Shown here in pieces: positions 16,329-26,200 of a stretch of DNA of 32,000 nucleotides. Made by a program: the position numbers and the translations under genes. Every line of letters starts with the position of its first letter. Position 1 is the first letter of the stretch. The notes below the pieces were generated by a model. That model did no database searches. It was not told where the DNA came from and saw only the letters and a program-made list of their open reading frames with translations. The stretch is taken from NCBI RefSeq assembly GCF_936981045.1, contig NZ_OW441264.1, positions 420,001 through 452,000 of the forward strand, read 5' to 3'. The DNA is from Candidatus Saccharimonadota bacterium. GTDB taxonomy: Bacteria > Bacteroidota > Bacteroidia > Cytophagales > Amoebophilaceae.

Positions 16329-17351
16329 ATGCATTTTCCCTTACAATCATTAAATAGTTTCAAGATTCCAGCATTTTCAGCTGATTATATTCAGTTTAAT
16401 AGTCTAAAAGACATAGAGGATTTTTGTGCTGCAGTAAATGTAATACAAAGTCATTTTTACATCTTAGGTGGTGGCAGCAATACACTATTTACGAGAGACT
16501 TTCCTGGCTACATACTTCATGTTCAACTACCTGGTATGGAAGTAATAGAAGAAACGTTCCATAAAGTCCTGATTAAGGCAGCGGCAGGTGTGCCTTGGCA
16601 TCAACTTGTCCTATTCTGTATAACAAAGGGGTATGGGGGCATAGAAAACCTATCATTTATTCCGGGTACGGTTGGTGGCGCGCCTATACAAAATATAGGC
16701 GCATATGGTATAGAACTTAAAGATGTACTGGATACTATTGAGGCAATCGAATTAGCAACTGGAAAAAAAACAATTTTTAAACCTTCAGCATGTGGCTTTG
16801 GGTATAGAACAAGCTTTTTCAAGACAAAATGGCAAAATCAGTATTTAATTACAGGTATTACGCTAGCATTACATAAAGAGAAAAAATTTTCTATAGAATA
16901 TGAAGCCATCCAAAACATGCTAATAAAAATGGAGATTAAGCAATTGTCATTTAAAGCAATAAGTGATGCCATTATTGCCATTCGAAAACAAAAACTACCA
17001 GATCCTGCTATTTTGGGTAATTCAGGTAGCTTTTTTGAGAATCCTTTGATATCTATGGCACACTATCAATGGCTTAAGCAGCAATATCCCTCACTAATTG
17101 CTTTCAGCACACAAAATAAAGAACAGATAAAAATCTCAGCAGCCTGGCTGATAGAAAGGGCAGGTTTTAAAGGCCTACGTCAAGGAAATGCAGGTATCTA
17201 TCCGTTACATGCACTTATACTCGTAAACTATGGAGGAGCTACTGGTAAAGATATTATAGATCTAGCTACCCAAATCAAACAAAAAGTAAAAAATCAGTTT
17301 AATATCACGCTCATACCGGAAGTTAACATTGTAGGAGACGTGGTTGAATAA
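16329..17351 (+). CDS. murB: UDP-N-acetylenolpyruvoylglucosamine reductase
   Basis: The ORF has an FAD-binding GGGSNTLF motif and a C-terminal SAAWLIERAGFKGLRQGNAGIYPLHALILVN...IPEVNIVG, typical of type I MurB. Confidence 0.9.
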   Translation: MHFPLQSLNSFKIPAFSADYIQFNSLKDIEDFCAAVNVIQSHFYILGGGSNTLFTRDFPGYILHVQLPGMEVIEETFHKVLIKAAAGVPWHQLVLFCITKGYGGIENLSFIPGTVGGAPIQNIGAYGIELKDVLDTIEAIELATGKKTIFKPSACGFGYRTSFFKTKWQNQYLITGITLALHKEKKFSIEYEAIQNMLIKMEIKQLSFKAISDAIIAIRKQKLPDPAILGNSGSFFENPLISMAHYQWLKQQYPSLIAFSTQNKEQIKISAAWLIERAGFKGLRQGNAGIYPLHALILVNYGGATGKDIIDLATQIKQKVKNQFNITLIPEVNIVGDVVE

Positions 17352-17404
17352 TCAACCAAGAATTACCAAGCAATACCAGATCTGTAGGTTTTATCTACAT
17401 TACT

Positions 17405-17427
17405 GGAAGTGTTCAATGAACTGTGTC
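17405..17427 (-). repeat. Solo terminal inverted repeat of the IS256-family element
   Basis: GGAAGTGTTCAATGAACTGTGTC is the exact reverse complement of 11274-11296. It abuts an IS6-type IR directly. Confidence 0.6.
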
Positions 17428-17807
17428 GGTTCTGTCGCTTCTATATTTTCGTTAGTAACGTCTTTTCTTTTAAGTGAAGTTTTGGATATATATTGGTTAT
17501 TATTCGGCCATTAGCATAACAAAATTCTCAAAAGTAGAAAGATGATTTTTAGCTCCGATTACTTGTCCTTTTTGAATCATAGGAATGTTTTCTATCCCTG
17601 CAATGGTCTAGAGTAAAGAAATGGTTGGACCACTTAAAATTAAGCATATCTATTGCTTCTGATTGCTCGCAATACAGTAGCTGACTAACTTGATTCTTCA
17701 TTGTTTACCCATTCCCTTCTCATCCCAAGGTGCGTTCAGTTTTCCCGAATACGGCGGTCCGATAGTCTTCTTCATAAACCTTGCACAACTCTCTCAGGAT
17801 ACTTAAT
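17428..17807 (-). mobile_element. Decayed right-end fragment of an IS6-family element
   Basis: It begins with the IS6-type IR GGTTCTGTCGC (17428-17438). The minus-strand translation gives TIAGIENIPMIQKGQVIGAKNHLSTFENFVMLMAE, an IS6 transposase C-terminus (GIE..MI.KGQ). Further upstream the frame is broken. Confidence 0.55.
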
Positions 17808-18047
17808 ACGTGAGTTCGGGATTATATTATTTTTTCATTTGATAATCAATATTAATAAAAATTTATAAAATTTGTTTTATAGACAGTTAAATAGGTAGTT
17901 GAATAACAAATAATTATGATAATCAGTTTATTATATATATTATATTTATAAAATTAGATATAAAAACTTGTTAAATAGGTGCAAATATTAACTAAATAAT
18001 TGATATTAAATTGTTGTAAATCAATCAAATAAATCCCGAACTCACGT
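17808..18047 (-). mobile_element. MITE copy 4 (240 bp, inverted orientation)
   Basis: It has the same termini as the other copies. The right flank is the interior of an IS982 copy and the left flank is IS6 debris. There is no target duplication. Confidence 0.85.
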
Positions 18048-18377
18048 TAGAATGAAATTACTGTAAATGAACATAATAAGACTTAAAATTTCTAAAACCA
18101 ATCACATGAAAGGCAATAAGAACAGTCATTATTTCACTCAAAGTTAATGAACAAGTTCTAGTGGGTTTTCTTTTAGAGTTAGTTAACAGTTGTTTTTCCA
18201 TATACGGCATAAACTTTATGAGAAATTCATCAACAGCATAATATATTTCAACTAACTTTTCTACATTCATAACTGGCTCCTTTGGATAATCTGGTTAGTA
18301 TTTTTTTATCTCCAAATTTAAAACACAAAGGAGCTTTTTAAAGCTATTTTTTAACAAGCTAATCCCGAACTCAGGTT
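18048..18377 (-). mobile_element. Partial IS982-family copy (left IR plus the first 70 codons of the transposase), truncated by MITE 4
   Basis: ORF 18058..18270 (-) reads MNVEKLVEIYYAVDEFLIKF. The terminus CTAATCCCGAACTCAGGT ends at 18377. Confidence 0.85.
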
Positions 18378-18777
18378 AATATTTCGCCCAAATTATTACC
18401 TTATTTTAAAGGCTATTGTTCTTCAGCAGAAGTCATTCTGTTATTTGTCTAGATGAAGTGTCGTTTTTCCTTGAGCTATAGAGATTTGGAAGAGATAATG
18501 GGTATGAGAGGCGCAAGAGTTGATCATTCTACGCTACAGAGATGGGTTATTAAGTTTGTTCCTCTTATAGATGAAGCAGTAAGCAAAAGAAAACGACCAG
18601 TTGGTGGTAGTTGGAGAATGGATGAAACCTATGTTAAACTAAACGGGAAATAGATCTATTTATATAGAGCAGTAGATCGTTATGGTGATACAGTTGACTT
18701 TTTTCTATCTGAGCATAGAGACAAGTCTGCAGCTTTTTCTTTTTTTCGTAAGGCGATCACAGAAAATAATATTCCTA
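18378..18777 (+). mobile_element. IS6-family fragment (copy 1), lacking the left IR and the 3' half; transposase pseudogene
   Basis: ORF 18453..18653 reads MKCRFSLSYRDLEEIMGMRGARVDHSTLQRWVIKFVPLIDEAV...SWRMDETYVKLNGK. It then hits TAG where copy 3 has TGG. The fragment is bounded by IS982 sequence on both sides. Confidence 0.8.
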
Positions 18778-18791
18778 ACCTCAGTTCGGGA

Positions 18792-19385
18792 TTAGACGTA
18801 TTGTGAACCAGTCATATATATATTAGTTATAGAAGGTTTTTTCTCTTTTAGTGCATAAGCTGTAATTCCAGCTATCAAATTGACTAGAAAATTAGGTATG
18901 CTTCTATTCCTGGAATGTTCTATCTGGCTAATATTTTTGAGCTGATCTATAATAGTTTCAATTATAGATCGTTTTCTAAGCATCAGTTTATCCCAAAGTG
19001 GCATAAAAGCATTTTTCATATTTTTTCTGATTTGGGTAATGAGTTCCACGCCTTTCTCGATCAGTTTTTCAAATAAATCTTTGCTTATGTAACCTTTATC
19101 GGCAAACATTTTACCCATGAAGTGTTTACATAAATTTTCTACAGGAAGCCTATCATTAGTTTTACCTGTGGTCAGTTGAAAATTCATAATTTCTCCTAAA
19201 TCATTGACTATCAAGTGCAACTTTAATCCAAAAAACCAACCGATGCTGGTTTTACCTTTAGTAGCAATCGATTTAAAAACCCTGTGCGTATAGGCTCTTT
19301 TGATATGGCAAACCTTGATGGCTGTTGCATCCATAAAATAACAATCTGTTTTTGTCTTAGCAAGACTTTGTGTAAAACAGTACAA
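18792..19385 (-). CDS. IS982-family DDE transposase, catalytic segment
   Basis: This 197-aa ORF is co-linear with copies A, B and D. Confidence 0.8.
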   Translation of the reverse strand: MYCFTQSLAKTKTDCYFMDATAIKVCHIKRAYTHRVFKSIATKGKTSIGWFFGLKLHLIVNDLGEIMNFQLTTGKTNDRLPVENLCKHFMGKMFADKGYISKDLFEKLIEKGVELITQIRKNMKNAFMPLWDKLMLRKRSIIETIIDQLKNISQIEHSRNRSIPNFLVNLIAGITAYALKEKKPSITNIYMTGSQYV

Positions 19386-19424
19386 GGGAACTAACGTTCT
19401 TTGGATCAGTTCTATAAATCTATT

Positions 19425-19673
19425 CTAGCTTACTAATTTTCCAAATTTACTAGAATGAAATTGCTGTAAATGAATATAATAAGACTTAAAATTTCTAAAA
19501 CCAATCACATGAAAGGCAATAAGAACAGTCATTATTTCACTCAAAGTTAATGAACAAGTTCTAGTGGGTTTTCTTTTAGAGTTGGTTAACAGTTGTTTTT
19601 CCATATACGGCATAAACTTTATGAGAAATTCATCAACAGCATAATATATTTCAACTAATTTTTCTACATTCAT
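19425..19673 (-). CDS. IS982-family transposase, N-terminal segment (in-frame TAG at 19425-19427 on the minus strand)
   Basis: The 82-aa product is identical to that of copy A. Confidence 0.7.
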   Translation of the reverse strand: MNVEKLVEIYYAVDEFLIKFMPYMEKQLLTNSKRKPTRTCSLTLSEIMTVLIAFHVIGFRNFKSYYIHLQQFHSSKFGKLVS

Positions 19674-19784
19674 AACTGGCTCCTTTGGATAATCTGGTTA
19701 GTATTTTTTTATCTCCAAATTTAAAACACAAAGAAGCTTTTTAAAGCTATTTTTTAACAAGCTAATCCCGAACTCAGGTTTATA

Positions 19785-20024
19785 ACGTCAGTTCGGGATT
19801 TATTTGACTGATTTACAACAATTTAATATCAATTATTTAGTTAATATTTACACCTATTTAACAAGTTTTTATATCTAATTTTATAAATATAATATATATA
19901 ATAAACTGATTATCAGAATTATTTATTATTCAACTACCCATTTAACTGTCTATAAAACAAATTTTATAAATTTTTATTAATATTGATTATCAAATGAAAA
20001 AATAATCTAATCCCGAACTCACGT
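19785..20024 (+). mobile_element. MITE copy 5 (240 bp)
   Basis: The element runs ACGTCAGTTCGGGATT...AATCCCGAACTCACGT. It is flanked by a perfect TTATA direct repeat (19780-19784 and 20025-20029). Confidence 0.85.
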
Positions 20025-20095
20025 TTATAGAAATTGCATAATAAAGATTGTTAGATATAAATCCAAAAAAATAGAAAAAGTATACCACTTTTTAC

Positions 20096-20580
20096 GGTTC
20101 TGTCGCGTTTATTCTAAAAAATCATTTAGTATCTTCAGTTAAAAAAGTAGTTATTATGTTTAATATTTCGCCCAAATTATTACCTTATTTTAAGGGCTAT
20201 TGTTCTTCAGCAGAAGTCATCCTGTTATTTGTTTAGATGAAGTGTCGTTTTTCCTTGAGCTATAGAGATTTGGAAGATATGATGCGTGTGAGAGGCGCAA
20301 GAGTTGATCATTCTACGCTACAAAGATGGGTTATTAAGTTTGTTCCTCTTATAGATGAAGCAGTAAGCAAAAGAAAACGACCAGTTGGTGGTAGTTAGAG
20401 AATGGATGAGACCTAACGGGAAGTAGATCTATTTATATAGAGTAGTAGATCGTTATGGTGATACAGTTGACTTTTTTCTATCTGAGCATAGAGACAAGTC
20501 TGCAGCTTTTTCTTTTTTTCGTAAGGCGATCACAGAAAATAATATTCCTAAGAAAGTAGTAATTGACAAAAATGGTAATA
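20096..20580 (+). mobile_element. IS6-family fragment (copy 2): left IR present, transposase decayed, 3' part cut by IS982 copy D
   Basis: The IR GGTTCTGTCGCG starts at 20096. The MKCRFSLSYRDLEDMMRVRGARVDHSTLQRW frame from 20236 is broken by stops and a small deletion around 20395-20415. Confidence 0.8.
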
Positions 20581-20686
20581 ACCCGAGTTCGGGATTAGCT
20601 TGTTAAAAAATAGCTTTAAAAAGCTTCTTTGTGTTTTAAATTTGGAGATAAAAAAATACTAACCAGATTATCCAAAGGAGCCAGTT

Positions 20687-20935
20687 ATGAATGTAGAAAA
20701 ATTAGTTGAAATATATTATGCTGTTGATGAATTTCTCATAAAGTTTATGCCGTATATGGAAAAACAACTGTTAACCAACTCTAAAAGAAAACCCACTAGA
20801 ACTTGTTCATTAACTTTGAGTGAAATAATGACTGTTCTTATTGCCTTTCATGTGATTGGTTTTAGAAATTTTAAGTCTTATTATATTCATTTACAGCAAT
20901 TTCATTCTAGTAAATTTGGAAAATTAGTAAGCTAG
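20687..20935 (+). CDS. IS982-family transposase, N-terminal segment (in-frame TAG at 20933-20935)
   Basis: The 82-aa product is identical to that of copy A. Confidence 0.7.
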   Translation: MNVEKLVEIYYAVDEFLIKFMPYMEKQLLTNSKRKPTRTCSLTLSEIMTVLIAFHVIGFRNFKSYYIHLQQFHSSKFGKLVS

Positions 20936-20974
20936 AATAGATTTATAGAACTGATCCAAAGAACGTTAGTTCCC

Positions 20975-21568
20975 TTGTACTGTTTTACACAAAGTCTTTC
21001 TAAAACAAAAACAGATTGTTATTTTGTGGATGCAACAGCCATCAAGGTTTGCCATATCAAAAGAGCCTATACGCACAGGGTTTTTAAATCGATTGCTACT
21101 AAAGGTAAAACCAGCATCGGTTGGTTTTTTGGATTAAAGTTGCACTTGATAGTCAATGATTTAGGAGAAATTATGAATTTTCAACTGACCACAGGTAAAA
21201 CTAATGATAGGCTTCCTGTAGAAAATTTATGTAAACACTTCATGGGTAAAATGTTTGCCGATAAAGGTTACATAAGCAAAGATTTATTTGAAAAACTGAT
21301 CGAGAAAGGCGTGGAACTCATTACCCAGATCAGAAAAAATATGAAAAATGCTTTTATGCCACTCTGGGATAAACTGATGCTTAGAAAACGATCTATAATT
21401 GAAACTATTATAGATCATCTCAAAAATATTAGCCAGATAGAACATTCCAGGCATAGAAGCATACCTAATTTTCTAGTCAATTTGATAGCTGGAATTACAG
21501 CTTATGCACTAAAAGAGAAAAAACCTTCTATAACTAATATATATATGACTGGTTCACAATACGTCTAA
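20975..21568 (+). CDS. IS982-family DDE transposase, catalytic segment
   Basis: This 197-aa ORF is co-linear with the other copies and has a few replacements (for example FVD for FMD, DHLKN for DQLKN). Confidence 0.8.
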   Translation: MYCFTQSLSKTKTDCYFVDATAIKVCHIKRAYTHRVFKSIATKGKTSIGWFFGLKLHLIVNDLGEIMNFQLTTGKTNDRLPVENLCKHFMGKMFADKGYISKDLFEKLIEKGVELITQIRKNMKNAFMPLWDKLMLRKRSIIETIIDHLKNISQIEHSRHRSIPNFLVNLIAGITAYALKEKKPSITNIYMTGSQYV

Positions 21569-21620
21569 TCCCGAACTGAGGTTTTAAGTATTTTTTTTGC
21601 GTTATTTAACGCTTTTTTTT

Positions 21621-23175
21621 ATGGCCTGCTTTAATATGCCCCTGTTTATAGTGGGAGCTTTTTTGGTATTAACCTTGGTGGCAGGTATTTATTTTAGTAG
21701 CAAAGCAACCACCTTTCGAGAGTATGCAGTAGGGCATAAACAATTTGCTACGGCTACTTTAGTGGTTACGGTATTGGCTGCATATTATGGTGCAGGAGGG
21801 TCGATTCGTAATGTACAATATGTCTATAAACTTGGTCTTTTTTGGATCATTCTTGGTCTGTTTGTGAATAGTTTCAGCATATGGCTCTTTAGTCGATTGA
21901 TGTTACGTATGGGGCCATTTATGCAAAACCTTTCTATTGCAGAGACGATGGGTAATGTCTATGGCAAGTACCCAAGGATTATTACAGCTCTGGTTTGTAT
22001 TGGTCAGTCTATTGTTGGCATTACTATGCAAATTATCGCAATGGTCCAAGCCATTAGCATGTGTGTAGATCTAGATTTGTTTTATGCCCAAATGGTCACC
22101 ATTTTTGCTGCCTTAATCTTTATTTTCTATTCTATTTTTGGAGGTGTGCATACAGTTACCATTACACATATATTGCAGTTTTTGATCTTTACTATAATTA
22201 TTCCATTTTTAGCTTGTTTTGTGCTAAAAAAAACAGGTAAATCTGTTATAGAAGTGGTTTCTTTACTACAAACGCAAGAAAAATTTCAGTTTAGTAGTCT
22301 ATGCCATTTTGATACTAATCTAGTACGTATGATTACAATGTGTTTATGTATTATGGTTCCTGATATAGGGTCATCTGCAATTATGCAAAGGGTCTATATG
22401 TCTTCTGAAGCTAATCAAGCAAAAGAGGTCTTTATTATATGTCAGTTTGTTTAGTTTTTTCATTACCGGTTTTATAGTTCTAATGGGTCTATTTGTTTTT
22501 GTAGATGGTGGAGCAGCCTTACCCATCGAGTCTATTTGGAATCATATAATGACTAATATTTCACCTGTTTTTAGGGGGGTGGTTTGTAGTAGTTTATTAG
22601 CTATGGCAATGTCTACAGCTGACTCTTGCTTAAACGCTTGTTCCGTTATAGTTAGTTATGATATTTTGGCAAGCCTACAAAAGGAAAACAAAATTCCTGA
22701 TGCGCATCAACTTAACATAGCTAGATGGGCCACCCTAGTAGTGGGCTTATACAGTATGTTTTTGGCTTTTTATTGCAAGGATCTCTTGGAATTGTTGCTG
22801 CTAGGTTTTGCTTTTTCTCTTCCAATAATCACTGCTCCAGCTTTGTTAGCTATTTTTGGCTCGAGGTACTTCCCGTACAGCTTTAATTGGCATGGCTACC
22901 GGTATACTATCCATATTAGCTTGGAACCAATGGGTGCAACCGGTAACAGAGATAGATGGGTCTTTTATTTGTATGTTAGCCAATGGTTTGGCTATGATGA
23001 CTGCCCACTATCTACTGAAACAGCCGAAAATTGCAGGTTGGGTGAGTCCGGATTACCCGTTTAAACAAATGCAACAAGCGCAAGCGCGCGGAACAAAAAG
23101 AAGCCATTAAAAATGGTTGGGCCAATAGAAAAAGTACTTTGAACAAGCTGATAACCAGTGATACTGCCTACTTTT
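21621..23175 (+). pseudogene. Decayed, 3'-truncated paralog of the symporter-like domain of the downstream 1194-aa gene
   Basis: Three ORF pieces (21597-22454, 22447-23064, 22856-23110) plus a further shifted stretch are co-linear with aa 1 to ~510 of 23291..26875. There are at least three frame disruptions, including a 7-nt deletion near 23090. Homology ends near 23165. Confidence 0.8.
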
Positions 23176-23290
23176 TGATCAAGCAAAAATTAGCTATGCA
23201 CTACCTTTCTTTTTTTTGATTTTTATCTAAAAATTCATACCTTATAAGAAGGCGGTGCTACCGCTATAATATTTTTTAACTGTTTCCTTT

Positions 23291-26200
23291 ATGATCTGCT
23301 TGGATGTGCCTCTATTTATGGTGTCGGCTTTTTTGGTATTAACCTTGGTGGTAGGTATTTATTTTAGTAGAAAAAAAACCACCTTTCGAGAATATGCGGT
23401 AGGGAATAAACAGTTTGCTACGGCTACCTTGGTGGCTACCGTGTTGGCTACTTGGTATGAAGGGGGTGGGTTGGTACGTAATGTAGAGTGTATTTATGAC
23501 CTTGGCTTGTGGTTTATAGGCGTTTTGCTTTTAGTTCCTTTTGGTATGTGGACTATTAGCAAGTTATCCTTACGTATGGGCCCATTTATGCAGCACCTTT
23601 CTATAGCAGAGACGATGGGTAGTATCTATGGTAAATATCCAAAATTTATTACTGTTTTAGTTGGCATTTGTCGTAGCATCATTGTAATTACTTCTCAAAT
23701 CATCATAATGTCCCAGGCTATTAGCATGTATGTGACCTTAGTTAACCCCTATGTAATACCTGTTTTTTCTACCTTACTTCTTATTTTTTATGCTACCTTT
23801 GGGGGTATTCGTGCCGTTACCTTTACAGATATATTGCAATTTGTAACCTTTTCTATTATTATTCCTCTTCTGGCTTGGTTTATGTTTCTAAAAGTAGGCA
23901 AACCAGTTGCTGCAATTGTTCCTATGCTACAGATCCACACTAAGTTTCAAATTAGTAACCTATTCCTTTGTAATACCCAACTAGCCAGTATAGTACTACT
24001 GTTGCTAGCTGATATACCGAGTAATATAGTAGATCCCGCTCTTATGCAGCGGGTATATATGGCTTCTAGTCCCATTCAGGCTCAAAAGGTTTTTTCGTAT
24101 GCTACTACGTTTGCCATTATTATTCAAGTTTTTATAGTTTTAATTGGTCTATTTACTTTTATAGGAGCACCAGATTTGCTGAAAGAAAGAATTTGGGATT
24201 ATATAATCGCCCATATCCCCCCTCTTTTTAAAGGATTTTTGGCGATTAGTTTACTAGCTATGGCGATGTCTACAGCTGATTCTTGTTTAAATGCTTCTGC
24301 TGTTATGGTCGGTCATGATATCGCGAAAAGCCTAAAAAAGCAAGAGGAGATTGATGATGTAGCTCAACTTAAGATAGCCAGGTGGACCACACTAACGGTA
24401 GGGCTATTGGCTATGATGGTAACTTTTAAGTGTAGAGATCTGCTAAGATTAATGTATTGGTCCCTTAACTGCAAGGTGCCTATACTAGCTGCTCCCTTTA
24501 TTTTAGCTGTTTTGGGTTTTCGGGGTACTGCCCGAACGGCTTTAGTAGGTATGACTACAGGCGTACTTACTATTTTAGCCTGGAATAAATGGGTTGAGCC
24601 TTCAACAAGTATAGATGGTTCTTTTATCGCTATGGTAGCCAATGGCCTAGCGATGATGGCTGCTCACTATTTCTTAAAACAACCGGAAGATGCTGGGTGG
24701 GTTGGTCCAGATTATGAGTTTCAACAAATGCAACAAGCGCAAGCGCGCAAGAGAGCGGAACAAAAAGAAACCATTAAAAATGCTTGGGCCAATAGAAAAA
24801 CCATATTGGCTAAGTTAGTGCCCAGCCATACTACGATGATATATGTAGGATTCTATACTACCATCACTAGTTTGTTGGCTTATTCTATAGTGCGTATTAC
24901 GCATCATGGCTTTTGGCTTATACTTCAACTCTTTGTAGCAGCTTATTTTTTAGGTTATCCATTGCTCTATGCTATCTCGAAAAAAATAAGAGCGATTCCA
25001 AGCTGGTTTATTGGCCTATGTTGGCTAGTATGGTTAGCGGTTTATTTTCCTTTAAATCTGGTTGGGCACTGGTGGCATCTGGTGGATCGAATTTTTACCG
25101 CATCCTTATCTTTGACCCATTGTGCTGTAATCTTATGGCTGTTGCCGCTCTATCTGGGTATAGGGGTTGTAGCCGTTACTGCATTAGTAGCTATTTATCC
25201 TATTGTTGGTGGATTGTCTTCCCCAATATTATCTTCGCTATTCCCACTATTTATAGCCAGTCTACTGGTATTTTCGATTATTATTTCACTTAGGGCCAAC
25301 CTAGGTGATTATATAACGCAAGTTCTTTACCTAAAAAATCAAGAAAAGATCAGAGACTCCCAACGCATAAAAGCCTTCCTGTATGATGCAGCTATAGCGC
25401 CCGCTACTACGGTTGATAAGGCCAAAGGTTATGGTTCTATTTTAGCGCAAGTGATTCGTAAAATTGAGGAATCTATCTCTTTTTTAGATAACGATACACC
25501 TCTTTATAAGCAAGATTTTCAGAGTATTATCAATAAGCTCTATGAATGGGTAGCCTATTTCAATAGAAGTGCAAAAGCCAAAAAACATGCATTGCTACAG
25601 CCTGCTAAAATTACTTTCGATAAGCTGATCCGTAAGGTGGAAGTGGCTTTGTCCCAAGAGGTCACTGATCCGCCTAGGCTACTGGTAGAAAAAATAAAAG
25701 ATCCTAACGGAGCGCCATCTTCCTATATTGTATGCGATATCAACCAGGTCGTCTATGTATTGGTTCAGAGTGTTTTGTGGGTTGGTAAGCTAGAAGGCGC
25801 CCATGCACCTGTTGTGCGCATACAACTGCATCCTACTGCTTTACAGTTTAAGCAAGCAGATCCTATTGACGGTAGCCATCCTGTATACTTGCTTTTCCAA
25901 GCTACCGCTCTGGTAGTAAGTCAGGCTACTACTGCTGCTGAGGTGCTGCCCAAAGTGAAAGCACTCTATGATGATGAGATGGATGCTATGGACCCTAAAG
26001 GGCAGCAGGAAGGGGCACCATCCATAGACCTTCAGCGGGAAACCATATCTACTATTGTTGGGGCCCACTATGGCTATTTGGAAGTCCCTAGTGACCAAAA
26101 GAGACTCACTATGCTACTGGTACTGCCTAATGATGTCACGCAGATACTTAATAAAATGACTGCTGGACTACCAATAGATTGCCTAATCTCTAAAGGCCCT

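Larger units (their letters stand above)
18778..19779 (-). mobile_element. IS982-family insertion sequence, copy C (1002 bp, reverse orientation)
   Basis: Both termini are present: ACCTCAGTTCGGGATTAG at 18778 and CTAATCCCGAACTCAGGT ending at 19779. Confidence 0.9.
20581..21582 (+). mobile_element. IS982-family insertion sequence, copy D (1002 bp)
   Basis: The termini are ACCCGAGTTCGGGATTAG and CTAATCCCGAACTGAGGT. The element ends 38 bp upstream of the ATG of the decayed symporter-like gene. Confidence 0.9.

Noticed and set aside
24364-26098. ORFs 24364-24642 (-), 24913-25293 (+) and 25841-26098 (-) inside the 1194-aa gene
   Set aside because: These are alternative-frame or antisense ORFs within a long ORF whose own frame shows paralog conservation and domain motifs.
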